This document shows, piece by piece, positions 11,472 through 20,570 of a DNA stretch of 64,000 nt. The stretch is from positions 3,672,653 through 3,736,652 of the forward strand of contig OY775914.1 in assembly GCA_963675215.1 (NCBI GenBank), read 5' to 3'. The DNA comes from Bacteroidales bacterium (GTDB lineage: Bacteria; Bacteroidota; Bacteroidia; Bacteroidales; GCA-2711565). The notes beneath the pieces are model-generated. The model did no database searches. It was not told the DNA's origin and saw only the letters and a program-made list of their open reading frames with translations. The stretch's first letter is position 1; each line of letters opens with the position of its first letter. Both the position numbers and the translations under genes were made by a program.

Positions 11472-11915
11472 ATGAAATTTGTACACCTAAATATCATATC
11501 TAGAGATTGGAAGAAATTAGCTGATTTCTATATTAAAGTATTCGATTGCAAACCCATTTTCCCTGAGCGCAATTTGGCAGGAAAATGGCTAGATGATGCA
11601 ACAGCCATTCAAAATGCTCATATTTCAGGAATCCATTTACGTCTTCCCGGGTTTGAAGAAGGGAGCCCTTCGCTCGAAATTTTTCAATACGATGAAAACA
11701 TCGAGCAACAGGATCGAAAAATAAATACAGAAGGAATTACTCATATGGCTTTTAGGGTTGAAGATGTTGATTATGTTTTGCAGGAAATATTGAATTATGG
11801 AGGAAGCCAGATTGGAAATGTTACAAAAAAAACCATTGAAGATATAGGTACCATTACTTTTGTCTATGCTGCAGATCCTGAAGGGAATATTATTGAAATC
11901 CAAAATTGGTCATAA
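11472..11915 (+). CDS. VOC (glyoxalase/bleomycin-resistance/dioxygenase) family protein
   Basis: 147 aa. HLNI...H-x-A-F-x-V and PEGNIIEI pattern of the VOC fold. Confidence 0.75.
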   Translation: MKFVHLNIISRDWKKLADFYIKVFDCKPIFPERNLAGKWLDDATAIQNAHISGIHLRLPGFEEGSPSLEIFQYDENIEQQDRKINTEGITHMAFRVEDVDYVLQEILNYGGSQIGNVTKKTIEDIGTITFVYAADPEGNIIEIQNWS

Positions 11916-12064
11916 AAAATTGTGAATAATTATTAATAAATAGCAAGCTGTAACCATTTCTTCGTATTATTTTAACATTACCTTAACCAAGTTTTAACAC
12001 AAAACTTAAATCAAAGAAAACCAATAAGATATTTATTTAAATAACAAATTTTAAACAGAAAGTT

Positions 12065-14317
12065 ATGGTTACTGTATACATTACGCTAATTGGAGTTCTT
12101 TTTCTCCTTGCTATTTCTGACCTAGTTGTTGGTGTAAGTAATGATGCTGTTAATTTTTTAAATTCAGCGATTGGATCTAAAGCAGCACCCTTTAAAATAA
12201 TTATGCTGGTTGCAGCTGTTGGAATTTTAGTTGGAGCTACCTTTTCAAGTGGCATGATGGAAGTTGCACGTAAAGGGATTTTTCATCCTGAACAATTCTT
12301 CTTTTCTGAAATAATCATAATTTTCTTAGCAGTAATGATTACAGATGTAATACTACTGGATTTGTTTAACACTTTTGGTCTTCCCACCTCAACCACTGTT
12401 TCTATTGTTTTTGAACTCTTAGGAGCGGCAGTTGCAGTATCGGTTATTAAAATTTATGGGATGCCGGAAGGCTCTAATGATTTGAGCGACTACATAAACT
12501 CAGGAAAAGCTTTGGCTATTATCTCAGGGATCCTATTGTCAGTAGTTGTAGCATTTTCGGTTGGTGCCGTGGTTCAATATTTTACACGAATTATTTTTTC
12601 TTTTAATTATAAAAAAAGATTGAACTATTTTGGTGGGATCTGGGGTGGTTTTGCAATCACAGCTATCACCTATTTTATACTGATAAAAGGAGCCAAAGGG
12701 GCATCTTTTATGAGCCAAACAACACAGGATTTTATTCATCAAAATACTTATTTAATTCTTATTTCAAGTTTTGTATTTTGGTCGGTATTTCTGCAGATAC
12801 TGCATTGGGTGTTTAAATTTAATATTCTAAAACTTATCGTTTTAGTTGGAACTTTCGCACTGGCGATGGCATTTGCGGGTAACGACTTAGTTAACTTTAT
12901 TGGTGTCCCACTAGCCGGTTTCGAATCCTTAAAAGACTTTATGGCCAACCCTGGAGCCCAACCCGATGGATTCCTAATGTCTTCCTTACAAGGAAAAGTC
13001 CAGACACCAACCTTATATTTATTAATAGCAGGAGTGATTATGGTACTCACTTTATGGTTCTCTAAAAAAGCCAAAAGTGTAGTTAAAACCACTTTAGATC
13101 TTAGCAGACAAAGTGAGGGAGATGAACGATTTGGCTCTTCAATTATTTCCAGATCATTGGTGCGAAGCAGCTTAAACTTAGGAAAAATTGTAAAAACAAT
13201 TATCCCTAAAAAAATACAGGAGGGTATCGAAAGACAATTCATTCCTTATAAAGCCGAAGTGGTTGCAATTAAAGAAGATGCAGCTTCTTTCGATATGATT
13301 CGTGCTTCGGTTAACTTGGTTGTTGCAAGTATTTTAATCTCTTTTGCAACTTCACTCAAGCTTCCATTATCTACTACTTATGTAACCTTTATGGTTGCCA
13401 TGGGTACCTCTTTAGCTGATAAAGCCTGGGGTAGAGAAAGTGCAGTTTATCGAATCACTGGCGTTTTAAGCGTAGTTGGTGGTTGGTTTTTTACAGCTTT
13501 GTCAGCATTTACAGTTGCATTCGTACTCGCCTTATTATTCACATTTGTTGGCATTATTGGAATTGCATTTATGGTTGCCATTGCAGGAATTACCATTTAT
13601 CGAACACATCGAATTCATAAAGACAAAACAAAAATAAAAAGTGATGCAGATGCTGAAGAAGAAATTTCTGATGACAATATTGTAGACAGATGTAACTTAA
13701 CTGTTAGTTCGACACTAGTTAATGTTGATGATTTTTACGGTGAAATCATCGATGGGCTCATTACTGAAGATCTGAAAAAACTTAAGCATGTTTCAAAAGG
13801 AATCAAAAAACTAAATACTGAAACAAAAGAACTTAAGAATAATCTTAATTCAACCATTGGAAAACTTCACAAAGATTCTGTGGAGACAGGTCATTATTAT
13901 GTTCAGGTTTTGGATTATTTAAGAGAATTGGCTCATAATATCAATTTTATAAGTAAACCTTGTTATGACCATATCGACAATAATCACAAAGCGATGATTG
14001 ATATTCAAATTGAGGAGTTAAATTTTTTAAAGACTGAAGTACATAAACTATTAATGAATGTAAACAAAATTATTTCAACTAACAATTATGGCAAGGTAGA
14101 AGAGATGATTAATCACCGACAAGAATTGTTAGTTAAGCTCGCATCGATTAAAAAGAAGCAAATTAAACGAATTAAGCGTGAAGAGGTTGGAACCAAAAAT
14201 AGTTTGCTTTATTTCACCCTCACGAATGAGACTAAAAATTTATTACTCAACACCATAAACCTACTTAAATCTCAGCGTGACTTTACTGAGCATGACAAAA
14301 GGAAGAATCACATATAA
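12065..14317 (+). CDS. Inorganic phosphate transporter (PiT/PHO4 family) with a long C-terminal cytoplasmic helical extension
   Basis: 750 aa. Duplicated GSNDAVNF-like (GVSNDAVNF) and GNDLVNF PiT signatures. The last ~230 aa are hydrophilic and coiled-coil-like. Confidence 0.85.
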   Translation: MVTVYITLIGVLFLLAISDLVVGVSNDAVNFLNSAIGSKAAPFKIIMLVAAVGILVGATFSSGMMEVARKGIFHPEQFFFSEIIIIFLAVMITDVILLDLFNTFGLPTSTTVSIVFELLGAAVAVSVIKIYGMPEGSNDLSDYINSGKALAIISGILLSVVVAFSVGAVVQYFTRIIFSFNYKKRLNYFGGIWGGFAITAITYFILIKGAKGASFMSQTTQDFIHQNTYLILISSFVFWSVFLQILHWVFKFNILKLIVLVGTFALAMAFAGNDLVNFIGVPLAGFESLKDFMANPGAQPDGFLMSSLQGKVQTPTLYLLIAGVIMVLTLWFSKKAKSVVKTTLDLSRQSEGDERFGSSIISRSLVRSSLNLGKIVKTIIPKKIQEGIERQFIPYKAEVVAIKEDAASFDMIRASVNLVVASILISFATSLKLPLSTTYVTFMVAMGTSLADKAWGRESAVYRITGVLSVVGGWFFTALSAFTVAFVLALLFTFVGIIGIAFMVAIAGITIYRTHRIHKDKTKIKSDADAEEEISDDNIVDRCNLTVSSTLVNVDDFYGEIIDGLITEDLKKLKHVSKGIKKLNTETKELKNNLNSTIGKLHKDSVETGHYYVQVLDYLRELAHNINFISKPCYDHIDNNHKAMIDIQIEELNFLKTEVHKLLMNVNKIISTNNYGKVEEMINHRQELLVKLASIKKKQIKRIKREEVGTKNSLLYFTLTNETKNLLLNTINLLKSQRDFTEHDKRKNHI

Positions 14318-14320
14318 TCG

Positions 14321-14776
14321 ATGATTCGAAAAATAATATCAGGAGGGCAGACCGGTGTAGATCGGGCTGCCCTTGATTTTTGTTTGAAGAACCATATTGA
14401 TTGCGGTGGTTGGTGCCCAAAAGGCAGATTGGCAGAAGATGGAATTATTTCGCCAAAATATCCCGTAAAAGAAACTGACGAACAACAAGCAATTTATCGT
14501 ACCAAACAAAATATTGAAGAGGCTGATGGTACGTTAATCCTATATTCAAAACAAATGGATAAAGGGACAATAAACACCATAAATTATGCACTTGAAATTA
14601 ATTTGCCTCTTTACAAGGTTGATTTTTCCAAGGATTTTTCCTTTGATCAAATAAGAGAATGGGTTTGTAACAATGAAATTGGAATACTAAACATTGCAGG
14701 TCCCCGTGAAACTAACAACCCTGGAATTTACAAGCAAACCATTGTCTTTTTAGGAAATTTAAGGAATTTACTTTAG
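14321..14776 (+). CDS. Circularly permuted YpsA / 'putative molybdenum carrier' (SLOG superfamily) protein
   Basis: 151 aa. IISGGQTGVDRAALDF...GGWCPKGR signature. Starts 3 nt after the PiT stop. Confidence 0.7.
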   Translation: MIRKIISGGQTGVDRAALDFCLKNHIDCGGWCPKGRLAEDGIISPKYPVKETDEQQAIYRTKQNIEEADGTLILYSKQMDKGTINTINYALEINLPLYKVDFSKDFSFDQIREWVCNNEIGILNIAGPRETNNPGIYKQTIVFLGNLRNLL

Positions 14777-15637
14777 TGCACGAACAAATCGATCTTTGCC
14801 TTGCATATCTTGAAGAATATCGATGGATTTAAACCCTTTTGAATCCAACATTTCCTTTGTTTCTTTACCGAAAGCTTCATTAATTTCAAAATAAAGAACT
14901 CCATTTTTCTCAAGATGCACATCACAGAATTCAGCAATCCTTCGATAAAAAAGTAAAGGATCAGCATCGGTAACAAATAGGGCTTTTGCAGGCTCAAACT
15001 CAAGTACATTTTTTGACATTAATCTTTTTTCAGAGTCTCTCACATACGGAGGATTGCTAACAATTAACTGGTAATTCTTGAGTTTGTCCCAGCTGGTTTC
15101 ATTAAGAATATCTGCCTTAATGAACTTAAGGTTTGTATTATTCAATGCAGCATTTCCTCTTGACACTTCTAATGCCTCTTCCGAAATATCTAATCCGTTC
15201 ACATCTGCCATTATAAAGTATTTCTTTAAGGCAATACTGATACATCCACTTCCACATCCAATATCTAAAATCCTAACTTCTGTTCCTTCAAATTTTTCCC
15301 GTTCACGAATTAACTGAACCAATTCTTCTGTCTCAGGACGTGGAATTAAAACATGCGCATTGACTTTTATTTTTAGATCCAAAAACTCAACCTCACCGAT
15401 AATTTGTTGCAGTGGTTTTTCTTGCATGAGTTCTTTAACTGCAAAATGCAATCGTAATAATTCAGATTCGCTTAAACGAAACTCCGGACTTTTAATTAAA
15501 TCTATTTTATCCAGATTAAAAAAATGCTGAATTAATTGATTTAGCATACGCTTACTTTCTTGCTCATCATAGATAGAGCTAAGCAATCCCAGGTAGTGCC
15601 TGAATATATCGGATATTTTGTTAGTCGGCATTTTCAC
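14768..15637 (-). CDS. prmC: Release-factor glutamine N5-methyltransferase
   Basis: 289 aa. SAM motif ILDIGCGSGCI and catalytic NPPY (VSNPPYV). Confidence 0.9.
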   Translation of the reverse strand: MKMPTNKISDIFRHYLGLLSSIYDEQESKRMLNQLIQHFFNLDKIDLIKSPEFRLSESELLRLHFAVKELMQEKPLQQIIGEVEFLDLKIKVNAHVLIPRPETEELVQLIREREKFEGTEVRILDIGCGSGCISIALKKYFIMADVNGLDISEEALEVSRGNAALNNTNLKFIKADILNETSWDKLKNYQLIVSNPPYVRDSEKRLMSKNVLEFEPAKALFVTDADPLLFYRRIAEFCDVHLEKNGVLYFEINEAFGKETKEMLDSKGFKSIDILQDMQGKDRFVRALK

Positions 15638-15721
15638 ACCCCGAAATTAGTCAAATTTTAGTACTTTTGAGTCACTCAAAATCGTAACTAATACTAAAAC
15701 AAATACACAACAAAATAGACG

Positions 15722-16978
15722 ATGAAGAATCAAATTAAAAGCATAGCCATGTTAAGCACTCATGGTTACTTCGACCCCATACCTCAACTAGGGAGAACTG
15801 ATACAGGTGGACAAGTTGTTTATGTTTTAGAATTAGCCAAAGCAATATCTAAACTTGGGATCAAGGTTGATATATTCACACGTTGGTTCGATCAAAAGAA
15901 AAAACAAATTGATCCGGTGCCGGGTTATCCTAACGTGAACATTATCCGAATAAAAGCAGGTGAATGGAAATTTCTTCCAAAGGAATTTATTTATGACGTA
16001 TTGCCTGAATTATCAGAAAATATGATCAGTTTCATTAAGGAAAATAATATAGATTATGATTTATACCATGGCCATTATGTAGATGCAGGAATTGTAACGG
16101 TTGATGTAGCCAAGGCTTTTGGCAAACCTTCATTTTTTACGGCACACTCGCTTGGTGCCTGGAAAAAAGATCAGATGGGTGGCGACCCAAGCGAAATGGA
16201 AAAGAAATTTAATTTTGAACACCGAATTCGGGAAGAATTAAGAATTTTTGATGCCGTTAATGCGCAAACGGTAACATCCATTGTTCAACTCGAAAAACTT
16301 GAATTACTATACAATTATAAACCATCAAACATAGTGGATATTCCACCCGGAGTTGATATTCACACCTATCATTTACCCGATGCAAAAGCACTTCAGCAGA
16401 AAACGACTTTACCTGAAAAATATATATTTTGTATAAGCCGCATCGACACGAACAAAGGCCACGACTTTTTATTACATGCTTTTGATTTGGTAAGAAAAAA
16501 AATTGGTGATGTTAATTTGGTGATTGGTGGGGGCTCACCCAATCCAAAACAACGAGAAATTGATTTATATCAAAAAATGAAAGATATCATTTCAGAAAAA
16601 GGAATGGATGGTCGCGTTCAATTAATCGGATATGTGCCTGATGAACTAATGCCTGTTTATTATCAACAATCTGAAATGTTTGTTTTGCCTTCTTTATTTG
16701 AGCCTTTTGGAATGACAACCCAAGAAGCCATGGCTTGTGGAAAGGCCGTTATCGCATCCAAATTTGGAGGGATCAGAAATGTTATTGAACACGGCGAGAA
16801 TGGCTTATTGGTCGATCCATCAAATACTTCTGAATTTGCAGATGCCATGATCAGGTTGCTTGAAAACCCTGAGAAAACAAAAAGCATTGGGCAAAAAGCT
16901 TACAAAACAGTTCAGGATAATTTTAGTTGGGAAGCCATCGCAGAACGCTTTCTTGACTTTTTCAAGGAGTATATTTAA
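15722..16978 (+). CDS. GT4 glycosyltransferase, sucrose-phosphate-synthase-like
   Basis: 418 aa. N-terminus STHGYFDPIPQLGRTDTGGQVVYVLELAKA resembles the SPS/MfpsA-type glucosyltransferase signature. C-terminal EPFGMTTQEAMACG (E-x7-E region). Confidence 0.75.
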   Translation: MKNQIKSIAMLSTHGYFDPIPQLGRTDTGGQVVYVLELAKAISKLGIKVDIFTRWFDQKKKQIDPVPGYPNVNIIRIKAGEWKFLPKEFIYDVLPELSENMISFIKENNIDYDLYHGHYVDAGIVTVDVAKAFGKPSFFTAHSLGAWKKDQMGGDPSEMEKKFNFEHRIREELRIFDAVNAQTVTSIVQLEKLELLYNYKPSNIVDIPPGVDIHTYHLPDAKALQQKTTLPEKYIFCISRIDTNKGHDFLLHAFDLVRKKIGDVNLVIGGGSPNPKQREIDLYQKMKDIISEKGMDGRVQLIGYVPDELMPVYYQQSEMFVLPSLFEPFGMTTQEAMACGKAVIASKFGGIRNVIEHGENGLLVDPSNTSEFADAMIRLLENPEKTKSIGQKAYKTVQDNFSWEAIAERFLDFFKEYI

Positions 16979-17014
16979 CAACCCATATAGATTCTGTGTA
17001 AGGAATTATTATTT

Positions 17015-17869
17015 ATGATTTATATTCTGTCAGTTGTATTTCTTTCATCATCAATATTTGTTGCCTTTAAGTTATTTACCAGGTTTAAAATTGATAATTT
17101 TCAGGCCATCACCATTAACTATTTTATTGCCTCGACCTTAGGAATTTTAATAGCAGGTAGTCAGTTTAATTACAGTGAGATTATCAACAAAACATGGCTG
17201 CCATATGCCGCGCTAATTGGTTTTGTTTTTATTTTCACCTTTGTACTTTTTGCCTTGTCATCGCAAAAAGCCGGGGTAGCAATTACAGCAGTTTTCAGCA
17301 AAATGTCGGTTGTGATTCCGGTAATTGCCGGTATTTTCCTTTATGCCGAAACCCTCAATACCCTGAAAATTCTGGGGATCATAGCTACCCTTGCTGCATT
17401 CATTCTCATTTTTTATAAGAAAGAAAAAAGCAAAATAAAACTTGCCGTAATCATTTTACCCATCATCATTTTTTTTGCCAACGGGTTTATTGACACCGCA
17501 CTTAAGTTTATAGAGTTTAATCATATTTCAGGAGATTATACGCTCTTTCTTACCATTATCTTTATTACTGCATTTATAATTAGTATCATCATTTCTATTC
17601 TGAAATATGTCAAAACCAGAAAGCCATTTACAATTCAAACCATCATTGGAGGCGCTATCTTGGGTTTATTAAACTATTCAACTACGTATTTTATGCTTCT
17701 CGCCATGGGCCTTTTCCAAAGCAATGTATTATTCCCTGTGCAGAATGTTGGTATTGTTATGTTATCAGCACTGTTTGGGTTATTTTTATTTAAAGAAAAA
17801 TTAAGCATGATTAATTGGATTGGGATCTTTTTGTCAATTATGGCCATTTTATTAATTGCTTTTGCATAA
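17015..17869 (+). CDS. Integral membrane protein, DMT/EamA-like
   Basis: 284 aa with about 10 hydrophobic spans in two halves. Family call is weak. Confidence 0.55.
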   Translation: MIYILSVVFLSSSIFVAFKLFTRFKIDNFQAITINYFIASTLGILIAGSQFNYSEIINKTWLPYAALIGFVFIFTFVLFALSSQKAGVAITAVFSKMSVVIPVIAGIFLYAETLNTLKILGIIATLAAFILIFYKKEKSKIKLAVIILPIIIFFANGFIDTALKFIEFNHISGDYTLFLTIIFITAFIISIIISILKYVKTRKPFTIQTIIGGAILGLLNYSTTYFMLLAMGLFQSNVLFPVQNVGIVMLSALFGLFLFKEKLSMINWIGIFLSIMAILLIAFA

Positions 17870-18005
17870 AAGTTTACAGACAATTAACCTGTAAAATTCT
17901 ACACATCAACACATCTAAATTATTACGTTTATTTATACTGAGTATATATTGACCCATCTAATATATATGAATGCATTTTTTTAATAAATTCGGCTTTTAT
18001 TCTTA

Positions 18006-18254
18006 ATGATGAAAGCGCAATATTGTCCAAATTATACCAATTGCAAATTAGTGACAGGATCATCCATAGTTACTGATCCTAAAATTAAAGAAACCTATTT
18101 AGAAGACTATTGCCGAAAGGATGAAAAAAACTGGAGTCAATGTAAAAGATACCTTACTAAAATAAAACTAAATTTCTGCCCCGACTTTGTATTACCTGAT
18201 ACGAATCTAACTCCAGATGAAATTATTAGCAAATTTGATGATGAATTATTTTAA
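18006..18254 (+). CDS. Small Cys-rich protein of unknown function (5 Cys in 82 aa)
   Basis: ORF ends 24 nt upstream of the dsrC-like gene on the same strand. Cys residues at YCPNYTNC, DYC, SQC and NFC. No family recognised. Confidence 0.4.
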   Translation: MMKAQYCPNYTNCKLVTGSSIVTDPKIKETYLEDYCRKDEKNWSQCKRYLTKIKLNFCPDFVLPDTNLTPDEIISKFDDELF

Positions 18255-18278
18255 TACTACTAAAAAAATAAATTAGTT

Positions 18279-18596
18279 ATGGCTACTATTGAATTGGAAG
18301 GCAGAATACTTGAGGTTGATGGGGATGGATTTCTCGCCCAACCCGAAATATGGAACGATGAAGTTGCAAGCTTAATAGCAAAAAGTGACGGCATTGAAGA
18401 GATGAATGACAAACATTGGGCGATTGTACGAGTGATTCGTAAAAACTGGGAAGAAAAGGGCATGGCACCTATGATTAGGGTTATTTGCCAGGAAACCGGA
18501 GTACGTTTACGTGAAATTTATGAATTATTCCCTTTAGGACCAGCACGAGGAGCCTGTCGTGTTGCCGGATTACCAAAGCCTGATGGTTGCGTCTAA
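18279..18596 (+). CDS. dsrC: DsrC/TusE/DsvC family sulfur-relay protein carrying both C-terminal-arm cysteines
   Basis: 105 aa. DGFL...W, HW-x-V-x3-R and LFP-x-GP motifs. C-terminus ACRVAGLPKPDGCV has the penultimate Cys plus a Cys 11 residues upstream. Confidence 0.9.
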   Translation: MATIELEGRILEVDGDGFLAQPEIWNDEVASLIAKSDGIEEMNDKHWAIVRVIRKNWEEKGMAPMIRVICQETGVRLREIYELFPLGPARGACRVAGLPKPDGCV

Positions 18597-18608
18597 ACCA
18601 ATTAATCG

Positions 18609-19235
18609 ATGAATTGGTATCTTTGGATGACGCTTAGTGCGTTTTTAATTTGTATGGTTTCTTGTTTGTATCATTTTTTCAGGCTCATACGCTTAGGAAA
18701 ACCAACAGATTATTCAAAACAATCAGGGAATATCCCAAAAGCGGTAGGTTATGCCTTTACAAAGGCCATGAGCCCTACAAAAAAAGAATCTGCCTATTTA
18801 CACCTGCCAACCTATACAGCAGGCATCCTTTATCATTTAGGCACATTCTTATCTATTTTCCTATTCTTTATTATTATTCTGGAGTTTAATTTTGGGTTAT
18901 CAATAAACTATTTTTTATCAGGATTTTTAGCACTTTCGGGCATTTCAGGCCTGGGAATTTTGATTAAAAGAATGATAAAAAGGGAATTATTATCGCTCTC
19001 AAATTTGGATGATTTTATCTCCAATATCCTGGTAACTTTATTTCAATTTGCAACTGCATTTGTACTATTGATGGAATCAGGTTTCATCCCATATTTTATA
19101 ATTACTACAACACTACTACTATATCTTCCTCTGGGTAAACTAAAACACACTATTTATTTCTTTGCAGCCCGATACCATTTAGGTTTCTTCTTTGGATGGA
19201 GAAATGTCTGGCCAATTGCAAACTCAAAAAACTAG
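18609..19235 (+). CDS. Polytopic membrane protein, possibly a NarI/DsrM/HdrE-like cytochrome b
   Basis: 208 aa, about 5 TM spans, His residues within or near the spans (LYHFF, YLHLP, LYHLG, KLKHT, RYHLG). Sits between dsrC-like and hdrD/dsrK-like genes. Assigned by context, not by clear motifs. Confidence 0.5.
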   Translation: MNWYLWMTLSAFLICMVSCLYHFFRLIRLGKPTDYSKQSGNIPKAVGYAFTKAMSPTKKESAYLHLPTYTAGILYHLGTFLSIFLFFIIILEFNFGLSINYFLSGFLALSGISGLGILIKRMIKRELLSLSNLDDFISNILVTLFQFATAFVLLMESGFIPYFIITTTLLLYLPLGKLKHTIYFFAARYHLGFFFGWRNVWPIANSKN

Positions 19236-19239
19236 AATC

Positions 19240-20535
19240 ATGAGAAAATTAACTGACGAAAAAAAGAAATTAGGACTGGAAGTCTTAAGTGCTCATGAAG
19301 ACAGCAAACTCATAACACACCTAAATAGCTGTGTGCACTGTGGCCTATGCGCTGACAGTTGTCTCTACTATAAAACTGATCCATCAGCACATTATATACC
19401 GGCCAAAAAGGTTGACATTGTTGCTTCGATCTACAGAAGATACAATACCTTTCTAGGACGAAAAGCCCCCTGGCTTACCGATGCAAGAGACTTGGACGAT
19501 ACTGCCATAGAGGAAATGGTTGATCTGCTTTATGGTTCATGTACCATGTGTGGCCGATGCACATCACATTGCTCAATTGGAGTTGACATAACTTATGTAG
19601 TTCGCAAAGGTCGTGAAATGTTAGCAGTAATGGGTTATGTTCCGGATTCACTTAATGCAACTGTTCAAGCTGCCATGGAAACCGGGAATAATATGGGTAT
19701 TCCTACACAAGAATTTGTTGATACAATTACCTGGCTAGAGGACGAATTAAAATTTGATGTGGATGATGAAAGTGCGATCATTCCTCTTGATTTAAAAGGA
19801 AAAGATTTGATGTACACTTTAAATCCACGTGAACCAAAATTTTTCCCACTCTCCATTTCTGCAATGGCAAAAGTGTTTTATGCCGCCAATGAAAGTTGGA
19901 CTTTATCAACCAAAATGTATGATGTTACAAATTATGCATATTTCTCCGGAAATATGGAAGAAGCAAATGTAATTGCCCAACGAATGGACGATGAGATGGA
20001 AAATCTGGGCTCAAAAGAATGCATCTTAGCTGAATGTGGACATGGTTCGAGAGCTTTTAAATGGGAAGGTCCTAATTACATCAAAAAGAAACTTCCTTAT
20101 GAGGTTTTAACTTCTGTTGAATTACTGGCTAATTATATTCGCGATGGTAGAATTAAAGTTGATCCGGACCGACTTAAAGAGGTGGTAACACTTCATGACC
20201 CATGCAATCTGGTTCGAGAAGGAGGAACAGTTCAGGAGCAACGATACGTCATCAACAAAATTGCAAAAAACTTTGTTGAGATGACCCCACACGGAACTGA
20301 AAATTTTTGCTGTGGCGGTGGTGGTGGACAATTGGCCATGAGTGAATACAATGAGCGCCGAATGAAAATAGCGGGCTTAAAGGCTGATCAAATTAGAAAA
20401 ACAGGTGCCAGTATTGTTGTTACACCTTGTCATAATTGTGTCGATCAATTAATGCAAACAAATGTCGAATATAAGCTTAATGTGAAAATTATGACTTTGG
20501 CTGAATTGGTAGCAGATGCGCTGATCTTAGATTAA
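19240..20535 (+). CDS. HdrD/DsrK-like Fe-S oxidoreductase (2x [4Fe-4S] ferredoxin motifs + CCG domain)
   Basis: CVHCGLCADSC and CTMCGRCTSHC (CxxCxxCxxxC x2). C-terminal C-x34-CC-x38-CxxC (PCNL...FCCGGGGG...PCHNC). Start moved to the ATG at 19240, 4 nt after the upstream stop; the track start at 19192 overlaps the previous gene. Confidence 0.85.
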   Translation: MRKLTDEKKKLGLEVLSAHEDSKLITHLNSCVHCGLCADSCLYYKTDPSAHYIPAKKVDIVASIYRRYNTFLGRKAPWLTDARDLDDTAIEEMVDLLYGSCTMCGRCTSHCSIGVDITYVVRKGREMLAVMGYVPDSLNATVQAAMETGNNMGIPTQEFVDTITWLEDELKFDVDDESAIIPLDLKGKDLMYTLNPREPKFFPLSISAMAKVFYAANESWTLSTKMYDVTNYAYFSGNMEEANVIAQRMDDEMENLGSKECILAECGHGSRAFKWEGPNYIKKKLPYEVLTSVELLANYIRDGRIKVDPDRLKEVVTLHDPCNLVREGGTVQEQRYVINKIAKNFVEMTPHGTENFCCGGGGGQLAMSEYNERRMKIAGLKADQIRKTGASIVVTPCHNCVDQLMQTNVEYKLNVKIMTLAELVADALILD

Positions 20536-20570
20536 TGAAACAATATTTTTAAGAATTTTATATAATTATT

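Noticed and set aside
12748-13242. 164-aa antisense ORF inside the PiT gene. Similar antisense ORFs: 818-1096, 6526-6900, 3623-3889, 35043-35417, 38027-38631, 44442-44783, 56291-56611
   Set aside because: All lie fully inside strongly supported genes on the opposite strand and have low-complexity, Ser/Leu/Phe/Ile-rich composition typical of antisense frames in AT-rich DNA. None has any motif.
17873-17895. Inverted repeat TTTACAG-N9-CTGTAAA just after the DMT-like gene and upstream of the DsrC module
   Set aside because: It is a single copy with no T-run, so it is not a convincing terminator. No second copy suggests an operator either. It is too weak to call.
18006-18596. Possible selenocysteine read-through joining the Cys-rich ORF and dsrC (both are in the same frame)
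   Set aside because: The intervening stop is TAA, not TGA, and the 24-nt spacer contains it in frame. I saw no TGA-split ORF pair anywhere in the window.
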